Shown: piece after piece, positions 1 to 7,124 of the stretch
Position numbering within the stretch: the first letter of the stretch is position 1
Layout: the number at the start of each line of letters is the position of its first letter
Assembly: GCA_041594935.1 (NCBI GenBank)
Contig: JBFHLI010000043.1
Location: forward strand, 1 to 17,866
Reading direction: 5' to 3'
Source: Gammaproteobacteria bacterium
GTDB taxonomy: Bacteria; Pseudomonadota; Gammaproteobacteria; HK1
Length of the DNA: 17,866 nt
Notes under the pieces: model-generated
What the model was told of the DNA's origin: nothing
Database searches by the model: none
What the model saw: the letters and a program-made list of their open reading frames with translations, nothing else
Made by a program: the position numbers and the translations under genes

Positions 1-99
1 GAACAGCTTGCGATAAAAAGCGAGGGCCTCGTCGATATCCCCGACCTCGATTGCGACGTGATTGACACCAATCGCGCGAGCTTTCGTCTCGTGCCCCAT
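1..99 (-). CDS. VOC (glyoxalase/bleomycin-resistance/dioxygenase) family protein. N-terminal 33 codons only; the gene continues past the left edge of the window.
   Basis: The reverse complement of 1..99 reads MGHETKARAIGVNHVAIEVGDIDEALAFYRKLF, with the typical VOC first beta-strand and helix motif (NHVAIEV.D...AL.FY...). A GGAGGG Shine-Dalgarno sequence sits about 7 nt upstream of the ATG on the minus strand. Confidence 0.55.
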   Translation of the reverse strand, partial: MGHETKARAIGVNHVAIEVGDIDEALAFYRKLF

Positions 100-274
100 C
101 TCCGGCCCTCCGTCATGACCGTTCCATCGGCAGTATAAGACCAATCGCGTCCGACGGTGCCAGCTCGATGACCCCGGCCGGGGCGCTCATCGCCGGGTCC
201 GGGCGGCCGGATGACACGGCTGCGGTCCACGATTAGGTTAGGATCCGCGTGGGTGCCCGAGCGGGAGAAAAGCG

Positions 275-769
275 ATGGCCAAGACCGATCTGCCGATCAT
301 CGAGCAACGCCGGATCGAGGCGAATGTCATCAAGCCGATCTACGAGGAGATGAAGGCGGAGCTCGGCTCCGAGATGGCGGCGCGGATCCTATCGAGCGCA
401 ATCCGCAAGGCCGCGATCGCCCAGGGCGAGGCCTACGCAAAGGCACAGGGCGAGTCGGATCGAAGCCTCGCGAGCTTTCACGCCCTGCTTCCGCAGTGGA
501 CCGCCAACGGCGCGCTCGAGGTCGAGCCCCTGGTGCAGACCGAAACCGACCTCGAGTACAACGTCACCCGCTGCCGCTACGCCGAGATGTACAAGGAGAT
601 GGGGCTCGCCGAGATCGGTCACATCCTCTCGTGCGGACGCGACGGTACTTTCTGCTGCGGCTACGATCGGCGCATCCGCCTCGAGCGCACTCAGACCATC
701 ATGCAGGGCGCGAGTCACTGCGACTTTCGCTACCAGTGGCGGCCCGAAGCGAGCGACGACGCTTCCTGA
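275..769 (+). CDS. L-2-amino-thiazoline-4-carboxylic acid (ATC) hydrolase family protein (AtcB-like), 164 aa.
   Basis: The translation carries the family's conserved block NVTRCRYAEMYKEMGL..IGH.LSCGRD..FC.GYD..I.L.RTQTIM.GA.HCDFRY. The size (about 160 aa) fits, and GGGAGA lies upstream of the ATG at 275. Confidence 0.6.
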   Translation: MAKTDLPIIEQRRIEANVIKPIYEEMKAELGSEMAARILSSAIRKAAIAQGEAYAKAQGESDRSLASFHALLPQWTANGALEVEPLVQTETDLEYNVTRCRYAEMYKEMGLAEIGHILSCGRDGTFCCGYDRRIRLERTQTIMQGASHCDFRYQWRPEASDDAS

Positions 770-891
770 CCGACGGCCATGAACGGCGCCCGGAGCGAGG
801 GCGCGGAGACGTCGACCGTATCGGGCCGAAACGCGCTCGGAGCACGTTCGAGCCCGGCTCGAGCCTCTGCCTGCGGGCTGCCCGCCCGCAA

Positions 892-2127
892 TCACAGCAT
901 CGCCTCGAGCGCGTCGGCGAGCTTGGCGTAATCGGCGAGCCGGTTGTAGGCCTGAGCCGATACGCGAGTTAGCCGCTGGGTGCAGTCCGGGGACGCGAAC
1001 ACCGGCACCTCGATCGAGAAGCGCCGCATGAGGGCCTCCTGCAACGGGTCGTAGAGGCGCTTGGCGTCGGCCGGCGGCGGCTCGCCGGGCAGACCGAGGG
1101 TCGCCATGCTGCCGATCAGCTCCGGCGGGCAGGGCTCCTCGAGGCCCAGCCGCTCACACAGCAGCGACCGCGCCGCGACCGCGAGCCGATGATTTTGCTC
1201 CATCAACCCGGGCCAGCCGCCGGGCACGAGAGAGCCCAGGAACCGGATCGCCGACGGCACGCAGAGATAAGGCGTCGGGTCGATGGTACCGGTCCAGTCG
1301 AACTCGAGATGAAAGCGGCTCTTGTCGGTGCGCGGCGAGCTGGCCCCGTGGCTGATCGACAACGGCCGGACTCGGTCGCGGCGGTCGGCTCGGACGTAGA
1401 GAAATGCCGCCCCCTTCGGCGCACACAGCCACTTGTGACAGTTACCGGTGTAGAAGGCGGCACCCACCCGATTGACATCGAGCGCCACCATGCCGGGCGC
1501 GTGCGCGCCGTCGACGAGGGTGTCGATGCCGCGCTCGGCGAGCGCCGCGACCACCCGCTCGACCGGGAACACGAGGCCGGTCGGGCTCGTGACATGGTCG
1601 ATGACGCAGAGCCGGGTGCGGGCCGTCGCCCCGTCCACCAGCGCCTCGAAGATCTCCTCGGCCCCCGAGACGGGCCAGGGAACCTTCGCCGCCACCACCC
1701 GGCAGCGACTGCGCTCGGCCGCGAAGTTGAGCGCGTTGCGCACCGCGTTGTAGGCGTGATCGGTGGTGAGCAGCTCGCCTTCCGGCTCCAGCTCCAGGCA
1801 ACGAAGCACGGTGTTGACGCCGGCGGTGGCGTTGGCGACGAACACCAGGCCCGCCTCGTCCGCGTGCACGAACTCGGCGAGCGCGCCCCGTGCCTCCCCG
1901 ATGAGCGCATCGCGCTCGCGCCCGAGGAATCTCACCGGCTCGGCCTCCATGCGAGCCCTCAACTCCGCCTGCTGCTCGAGCACCGGGCGCGGGCACGCGC
2001 CGAAGGATCCGTGATTGAGAAAGGTCACCCCCTCGTCCAGGGTCCACCAGGCACGAACCGCGAGCGAACCGGCCGCCCCCGCCGTCATCTCGCAGGAACC
2101 GGGACCCCGGCCGCCGCAGGGACGCAC
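892..2127 (-). CDS. Aminotransferase class V-fold PLP-dependent enzyme (isopenicillin-N-epimerase / cysteine-desulfurase-like). GTG start at 2127; an alternative ATG start at 2088.
   Basis: The N-terminal block WTLDEGVTFLNHGSFGACP and the PLP-lysine motif TGNCHKWLCAPKGAAFLYV are typical of the class V fold. It lies 24 nt downstream of ectC on the same strand. Neither candidate start has a strong SD. Confidence 0.8.
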   Translation of the reverse strand: MRPCGGRGPGSCEMTAGAAGSLAVRAWWTLDEGVTFLNHGSFGACPRPVLEQQAELRARMEAEPVRFLGRERDALIGEARGALAEFVHADEAGLVFVANATAGVNTVLRCLELEPEGELLTTDHAYNAVRNALNFAAERSRCRVVAAKVPWPVSGAEEIFEALVDGATARTRLCVIDHVTSPTGLVFPVERVVAALAERGIDTLVDGAHAPGMVALDVNRVGAAFYTGNCHKWLCAPKGAAFLYVRADRRDRVRPLSISHGASSPRTDKSRFHLEFDWTGTIDPTPYLCVPSAIRFLGSLVPGGWPGLMEQNHRLAVAARSLLCERLGLEEPCPPELIGSMATLGLPGEPPPADAKRLYDPLQEALMRRFSIEVPVFASPDCTQRLTRVSAQAYNRLADYAKLADALEAML

Positions 2128-2151
2128 CCGAGCGCACCCGTCGCGAAGACC

Positions 2152-2538
2152 TCAGGGCCGCGGATACGCCCCGTCCTCGTCATGGACCTCGCCCCCCACC
2201 AGCGCCGGATTGAACACGCACACCATGCGCATGCGGGTCTTCGAAACGATGCGGTGGCGGTCGTGCTTATCGAGGCAGTACATCACCCCCGGCTCGAGCG
2301 CGTGGGTGAGCCCCGTGTCGAGATCCTCCAGCACCCCCTCGCCCTCGATCACGTAGTTGGCCTCGATGTGGTGCTTGTACCACAGCACCTTGCCTTCGCC
2401 CGGCTCGATCGTGATGTCGGAGAGAGTGAAGCCGACTCCATCCTCGGCGAGCAGGAACCGGCGGGTTACGGCCCGACCGCCTCCGAGCACCGTCTCGTTC
2501 CGCGTTGCTTTCAGTGAATCGAGCGTCTTGATGATCAT
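2152..2538 (-). CDS. ectC: Ectoine synthase (L-ectoine synthase, cupin fold), 128 aa.
   Basis: The translation MIIKTLDSLKATRNETVLGGG...LAEDGVGFTLSDITIEPGEGKVLWYKHHIEANYVIEGEGVLEDL...PGVMYCLDKHDRHRI...MVCVFNPALVGGEVHDEDGAYP aligns along its whole length with canonical EctC. The iron-binding Glu (HIEANY), Tyr (MYCLD) and His (DRH) are in place. A strong SD (GGGGAGGGGAG) sits 3 nt before the ATG at 2538. The longer ORF in the track (to 3327) is an upstream in-frame artefact. Confidence 0.9.
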   Translation of the reverse strand: MIIKTLDSLKATRNETVLGGGRAVTRRFLLAEDGVGFTLSDITIEPGEGKVLWYKHHIEANYVIEGEGVLEDLDTGLTHALEPGVMYCLDKHDRHRIVSKTRMRMVCVFNPALVGGEVHDEDGAYPRP

Positions 2539-2704
2539 GACTCCCCTCCCCCAGTGCTGCCGCAAAGTGACTTCGCGGGACCCGGGTCGTTTTGATCCGA
2601 TATCGAATCCGCGCGAGGCTCTGGCAGTATAGAGTAACCGGGTGGCAGGGAATCGTTGGCGATCGGCGCGCCCCGCCGGCCGCACTGTTTGAGGAGACCG
2701 CGCC

Positions 2705-2824
2705 ATGCGCACCGGCAAGCAAGACGTCGGGCCCGAAACCGGCCAGGACGAGACCGACGCCAGCGCAAGCGTCGCACCGGCGTCTGCGCGGGTGCGCGCC
2801 GGCGCGGCGAGCGGCTTGCCGTGA
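2705..2824 (+). CDS. Possible 39-codon upstream ORF / leader peptide (MRTGKQDVGPETGQDETDASASVAPASARVRAGAASGLP), translationally coupled to the flavodoxin-like gene.
   Basis: The ATG at 2705 is preceded by GAGGAG with 8-nt spacing. Its TGA stop (2822-2824) overlaps the GTG start (2821-2823) of the next gene in a GTGA arrangement. The peptide is low-complexity and acidic. In 70% GC DNA a 39-codon ORF can easily arise by chance. Confidence 0.2.
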   Translation: MRTGKQDVGPETGQDETDASASVAPASARVRAGAASGLP

Positions 2825-3282
2825 AGCACCTGCTCATCGTCTACCATTCGCAGTCCGGCCGCACCCGAGCGATGGCCGAGGCGGTCGCGCACGGAGCGAG
2901 CGACGCGGAGGCAGAAGACGTCGAGATCCGACTCAAGAACGCCTTTGCCGCCGGGGTCGAAGACCTCCTGTGGGCCGATGGGCTGGTGCTCGGGACCCCG
3001 GAGAACTTCGGTTACATGTCCGGGGGGATGAAGGATTTCCTCGACCGCACCTTCTATCCCTGCGAGGGCAAGCTCGAGGGCACGCCCTACGCCGTGTTCA
3101 TCAGCGCCGGTAATGACGGCACCGGCGCCCTCGCGAGCATCCGGCGAATCGCCAACGGCTACGCGTTCCGGGAAGTGCAGGAGCCCATCATCGCCAAGGG
3201 TGAGCTCGGCGACGACAGCATCGCCCGGTGCAAGGAGCTCGGCCTGGCGTTCGCGAGCGCGCTCGAGATGGGCGTATTCTGA
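2821..3282 (+). CDS. Flavodoxin-like fold protein (NAD(P)H-dependent FMN reductase / WrbA-like), about 153 aa, GTG start.
   Basis: The N-terminus VKHLLIVYHSQSGRTRAMAEAV matches the flavodoxin-like phosphate-binding loop (K.L.VYHS..G.T). The downstream motif GLVLGTPENFGYMSGGMKDFLDRT is also characteristic. The 55 arginine-rich codons upstream in the track ORF are rejected as an in-frame artefact. Confidence 0.7.
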   Translation: MKHLLIVYHSQSGRTRAMAEAVAHGASDAEAEDVEIRLKNAFAAGVEDLLWADGLVLGTPENFGYMSGGMKDFLDRTFYPCEGKLEGTPYAVFISAGNDGTGALASIRRIANGYAFREVQEPIIAKGELGDDSIARCKELGLAFASALEMGVF

Positions 3283-3444
3283 GCCGCGGCGGCGACCGGA
3301 CCGGACTCGGGGCAAAGCTCCGAGCAATCGTGGGATACTTGACGCCGATCAATCACGGGGGTGCGCACCCGATGCTTGGATCGGCGGCGCCGGCCGGGCG
3401 GCGGCCCGGCTCACGGCTCTTCAACCAGGACGGAGGATTCGACG

Positions 3445-4098
3445 ATGACCGATGAGACTGGCCATCTTATCCAGAAGCTGCAGCTCGTTGGCAAGGCAAA
3501 GGAGGACGAGTACTTTCGCAAGGCCGACCAGGCCCTGATCGAGTCCCTGCATGGAAAGGCAAGAGCGCAGCGCGAGGAGGCCGAGCGCCTGCACGCGGTC
3601 TTCGCGAGGCTTTTGGTGGCGGTCGATTTCTCGACCGACTCGAAACAGGCGCTTCGCTACGCGGGCGACATCGCGGAGCGATTCGAATCGTCCATCATCG
3701 TGCTGCACGTGATGGAGCAGCAGGCGATGGAGGTGCGGATCATGGAGCGTCATCCGGAGCGCCCGTTTCTGATCGGTGACGCGGTTGGCTCGCCGGCGGA
3801 GGGTGTCGAGGACCTGGTCGCGGAGCAGCGCGAGAAGGGGTATCAGACCCTGCAACGCTTTCTGCCCCCCGACCTCGCCCGGCACCCGGTCGAGCTGCGG
3901 GTGCTCATCGGCACCCCCTTCGAGCGGATCGTGGAGACCGCCACCGGGGAGCGGATCGACCTCGTCGTCATGGGCACCCACGGGCGCACCGGACTCTCGC
4001 ACTGGGTGACCGGGAGTATTGCGGAGCGGGTGGTGCGCCTCGCGCCCTGCCCGGTCCTCACCGTCAAGGACCGTGCACACCAGCCCCCGTCCGATTAG
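3445..4098 (+). CDS. Universal stress protein (UspA-domain) with a roughly 55-aa N-terminal helical extension, 217 aa.
   Basis: The C-terminal 160 aa show the USP fold signatures: RLLVAVDFSTDSKQALRYAG, IIVLHV, and IDLVVMGTHGRTGLSHWVTGSIAERVVRLAPCPVLTV. GGAGGA lies 7 nt upstream of the ATG at 3445. The N-terminal segment MTDETGHLIQKLQLVGKAKEDEYFRKADQALIESLHGKARAQREEAERL is not part of a canonical USP. Confidence 0.75.
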   Translation: MTDETGHLIQKLQLVGKAKEDEYFRKADQALIESLHGKARAQREEAERLHAVFARLLVAVDFSTDSKQALRYAGDIAERFESSIIVLHVMEQQAMEVRIMERHPERPFLIGDAVGSPAEGVEDLVAEQREKGYQTLQRFLPPDLARHPVELRVLIGTPFERIVETATGERIDLVVMGTHGRTGLSHWVTGSIAERVVRLAPCPVLTVKDRAHQPPSD

Positions 4099-4146
4099 GT
4101 CAATCGCCCGCACCGCGGATCCCCGCCCCGCGCGACGAGGGGCCGG

Positions 4147-5283
4147 TTAGGCGCCGCTGGCCATCTGCTTCAGCTGCTCCAGATGCCGCACCACCTCGTC
4201 GGGAACCGCGCTGCCCACCTCCTCGGCGTAGGTCTCGAAGACCTTGCGGGCAAGCAGCTCATAGGCGAGGCCGGCGGTCACCGTCCCCGGCGCCGCGAGG
4301 ATCGCGCTCTCCAGATACAGCTCTGCCTGGGGGAGCCAGCTCAGACCGGTGATGCGGTACTCCGTCAAGCCGAGCAGGTAGTACACCCGCGCGGCGATGG
4401 GTCCGCTCGGGCTCGCCTCGGCGATCCGGTGCAGCAGACCCGAGGCGACGATGTAGTCGATCAGACCGCCGCCCGCGGCCTGAGTCTCGCGGCGTGCGCC
4501 GTTGCGCACATTCGCCTGCGCGACGTCGAGGGCCTCGCCCGCCGGCACCCCGCGGCGCAGCGTGCGCAGGGCGTCCAGCCACAGCGCAACCCGCGCGCGC
4601 AGCTCGCCGGCAAGACCCGGGCGCGCATCGAGGCTCTCGAGGGTGGCAATCGGGCGGGCGAAATCCTCCTTCACCCGGAGGCTCACGACGAGATAGGCGA
4701 GCAGGGCAGAGTCGAGCTCGGCGGTGCTCGTGTCGGGGGCGCGAATCAAGGCCTCCAGGGTGTCGAGGCCGTCATCGAAGCGACGCGCCGCGATCTGCAG
4801 CAACGCGCGGGCGCGTCCCTCAACCGCCTGGGCCGGGGTCGAGGCCAGGAAGTCGGTTGCGGCCGGCGAGTCCGATGGGCTCGGTCCACGGGTGTGGCAC
4901 GCGATGCAGATCTCGGTGGTCTGCAGCACGAGCGGCGGTATCCGCTCGACCAGCCCCAGCTCGTAGTAGCGCCCGATCAGAAACGCCGAGCGCTCCAGCG
5001 TATCGGCGAGAAACTCGGCATCCGCGTGGGAGACCATGTGCTCGGAGAGGATGTTCGCCTGGTCTTCGATCTCGCGGGTGGCGTCGAGGAGCAGGGGACC
5101 GCTGTCGGGACCCTCCAGCGCGGGGTCGAGCGTGGTCAGCCGAAGCAGCTCGCGCATGCTCTCGAAGATGAGACCCATCGCCGCCTGCATGCCGTCCTGG
5201 GCGAGCGCGCCCGGGGAAAACAGTCCCCCGCCGAGGCAACCGGCGAAGCAGATCGCCACCAAGCTCGATCGGGCAATTCTCAT
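4147..5283 (-). CDS. Secreted single-heme c-type cytochrome-like protein (one CXXCH, mostly alpha-helical), 378 aa.
   Basis: From the ATG at 5283 the protein begins MRIARSSLVAICFAGCLGGGLFSPGALAQDG, a signal peptide. There is a single CIACH heme-c motif (…TTEICIACHTRG…). The rest is Ala/Leu-rich and helical (TPR-like feel). The annotated ORF start at 5442 adds 53 non-secretory residues and is rejected. Confidence 0.55.
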   Translation of the reverse strand: MRIARSSLVAICFAGCLGGGLFSPGALAQDGMQAAMGLIFESMRELLRLTTLDPALEGPDSGPLLLDATREIEDQANILSEHMVSHADAEFLADTLERSAFLIGRYYELGLVERIPPLVLQTTEICIACHTRGPSPSDSPAATDFLASTPAQAVEGRARALLQIAARRFDDGLDTLEALIRAPDTSTAELDSALLAYLVVSLRVKEDFARPIATLESLDARPGLAGELRARVALWLDALRTLRRGVPAGEALDVAQANVRNGARRETQAAGGGLIDYIVASGLLHRIAEASPSGPIAARVYYLLGLTEYRITGLSWLPQAELYLESAILAAPGTVTAGLAYELLARKVFETYAEEVGSAVPDEVVRHLEQLKQMASGA

Positions 5284-5342
5284 GCGGAGCGGGTCGCTCG
5301 TTCGTCGGGCTCTCGCCCCCGAGGCGCGATTCGAGCCGACCC

Positions 5343-5624
5343 TCAAGGCGTCGAGTCGAGCCGGTAATACGTCTCGTTCAGGAACGCCTCGACGTCGTCG
5401 ACCTCCTCGCTCGACCACTCGAGGCGGAGCTCGCTCTGCCAACGCAGGATCCAGCGCCGCAGCTCCGCTCGCGACTGCACCTTGCGTGCCTCACGAATGT
5501 GGGCCTGGCTGGCGTGACACCCGGTGCAGTGATTCTCGTAGAGCAGAGCGCCGCGAGAAGGATCGGCGCCGAGGGCCGACGCGCTCGAGATGAGCGCCAG
5601 GCTCGCGACCATTCCCAGACTCAT
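5343..5624 (-). CDS. Small monoheme cytochrome c (93 aa mature-type with signal peptide). An alternative ATG start at 5654.
   Basis: MSLGMVASLALISSASALGADPSRGALLYENHCTGCHASQAH… shows a signal peptide (ASA|LG), a CTGCH heme motif near the N-terminus and a class I cytochrome c size. It sits 60 nt upstream of the next heme protein on the same strand. Confidence 0.7.
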   Translation of the reverse strand: MSLGMVASLALISSASALGADPSRGALLYENHCTGCHASQAHIREARKVQSRAELRRWILRWQSELRLEWSSEEVDDVEAFLNETYYRLDSTP

Positions 5625-5698
5625 TGCCCACCGACTCGGATCACCCTCGTGCATGATGCGATGCTGGCTGCTCTCGGGTCTCGCCACCTTGACCTCGA

Positions 5699-6892
5699 TC
5701 AATTGCCAAGCGCTTCGACCATGACCCCGAATGCCCGGAAGGTGAGCGCGTCGAGCGCCAGATCGACCGAGCGCGGCTGGGAGGAGAACTTGGCGATGAC
5801 GACGTTGGCGCGAGGGTGCACGTAGACGCACTGACCGTGGATACCGAGTCCGTAAAGGGCCCCGTCGGGCGCGCTCGAGCGATACCACTGGCTGCGATAG
5901 CAGGCACCGGGCATCTCCTCGCCGAAGTCCCCCTTGCGCCACGCCTCGGGGTCGCCCTGGGTGAGGATGTCCTCGACCCAGCCGGCCGGCACCACCTGAC
6001 GAGCGTTGGCGAATCCGCGCTCGAGCATCAGCTGGCCCAAGCGCGCGAAGTCCCGCGCGCTCGCGCACAGACCGCCCGCGGTGCGCGGCGCCCCCAGCCG
6101 GTCCACGGTGATGTAAGCCTCGTGCTCCGCCCCCATCGGCTGCCACAGCCACTCGCTCAGCAGCCGCGAGAATGAACGTCCGCTCGCTCGCTCGAGCACC
6201 CACCCAAGCAGATCGGAGTTGGGGGATACGTATCGAAACCTCTCCCCGTGCACCCCCTCCCCGCTCAGGGTGAGCAGGTAGGTGCGAAGGTTGTCGGGGG
6301 CATCGCTTCCGTCGTGGGGGGCCCACCCCGCCGCCATGCGGTAACGAAGCATGTCGCCCCGGCGCTCATTCTCGTAATCCTCGGAGAACCGGACCCCGAC
6401 CGTCATGTCGAGCACGTGACGCACGCTCGCATCGCCGTACGCGGAGCCCTCCACTTCGGGCAGGTAGCGGGTGATCGGTGCATCGGGGTCGAGCAGACCA
6501 CCCTCGACCAGAATCCCGGCGAGGGTCCCGGTCACCGACTTCGTCACCGAGAACAGGAGGTGGGGCGTCCCCGCCTCGAGCGCGTTCTGATAACGCTCGA
6601 AGACCAGCTGCCCGCGGTGAAGCACCACCACCGCGTCCGTCCAGGTTTCATCGAGAACCTGCTCCACGGTGAGCCGCCGCCCGATGTGGTCCTCGAGCTC
6701 GACCGAGGCGAGGTCGAGCGGAAGACGCGGCAGAGGACTCGGTACGCTCGCTCGCGAGATCGCCGCACTCGGCAGGATCTCGCGCACGTGCTGCAGCGAC
6801 CAGCGACTGTAGGGCGGGTCGCGCCAGTTGGCGAGCGTGACCTGACGGTCGCCGGGCGGGGGAAATCCTTGCATCAGATCTCGGGCGTGCAC
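5699..6892 (-). CDS. Serine hydrolase of the beta-lactamase / penicillin-binding-protein-like family (6-aminohexanoate-dimer hydrolase / D-aminopeptidase-like), 397 aa. GTG start at 6892 or ATG at 6874.
   Basis: The S-x-x-K active-site motif appears as LLFSVTKSVTGTLAGILV. The beta-lactamase-fold length fits. GAGGAT lies about 9 nt upstream of the GTG at 6892. Confidence 0.8.
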   Translation of the reverse strand: MHARDLMQGFPPPGDRQVTLANWRDPPYSRWSLQHVREILPSAAISRASVPSPLPRLPLDLASVELEDHIGRRLTVEQVLDETWTDAVVVLHRGQLVFERYQNALEAGTPHLLFSVTKSVTGTLAGILVEGGLLDPDAPITRYLPEVEGSAYGDASVRHVLDMTVGVRFSEDYENERRGDMLRYRMAAGWAPHDGSDAPDNLRTYLLTLSGEGVHGERFRYVSPNSDLLGWVLERASGRSFSRLLSEWLWQPMGAEHEAYITVDRLGAPRTAGGLCASARDFARLGQLMLERGFANARQVVPAGWVEDILTQGDPEAWRKGDFGEEMPGACYRSQWYRSSAPDGALYGLGIHGQCVYVHPRANVVIAKFSSQPRSVDLALDALTFRAFGVMVEALGN

Positions 6893-7124
6893 GGCTTCGA
6901 TCCTCGACTGGCTCCGGCAAGGCCCGCATCATACGCGACCCGAGCCGGTGATCCCCAGCCGCGACGAACCGGGACAGGTGCGCACGCAACCGAAACGGTG
7001 GCAGACTAGAACCGTGTTCCGAGTAAGGCTGCACGCGTGGCTTCGATAGGCTCCCCTTGGTCTACACCCCATTTCACCCCCTGCCCCGCGTTCCGGGGAC
7101 GAGGAGACGCCTCCTCGACGCTCG

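Noticed and set aside
211-972. A 253-aa plus-strand ORF and a 168-aa minus-strand ORF (389..895) overlapping the ATC-hydrolase gene.
   Set aside because: Both are arginine- and glycine-rich low-complexity translations typical of off-frame reading of about 70% GC DNA. The 275..769 frame has a recognisable family signature and an SD, so the others are artefacts.
2625-2665. A sigma54-like TGGCAG…TTGGCG motif and a TATAGAGT element in the ectC/flavodoxin divergent region.
   Set aside because: The spacing does not fit the GG-N10-GC rule of RpoN promoters. It could still be an ordinary sigma70 region, but I cannot support a specific promoter call.
2656-2820. An ATG at 2656 as the start of the flavodoxin-like gene (208-aa version).
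   Set aside because: The added 55 residues are Arg-rich junk. The conserved flavodoxin N-terminus (V)KHLLIVYHS begins exactly at the GTG at 2821.
2152-3327. A long 391-aa minus-strand ORF extending ectC upstream to 3327, and other long ORFs in the 2535..3113 region.
   Set aside because: Only the last 128 codons align with EctC. A strong SD and ATG at 2538 define the real start. The upstream part runs antisense through the flavodoxin-like gene and has no protein-like composition.
4099-4146. A possible bidirectional terminator between the convergent USP and cytochrome genes (GCCCC…GGGGC stem).
   Set aside because: It is only a 5-bp stem with a 9-nt loop and has no U-tract on either strand. 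That is too weak to call.
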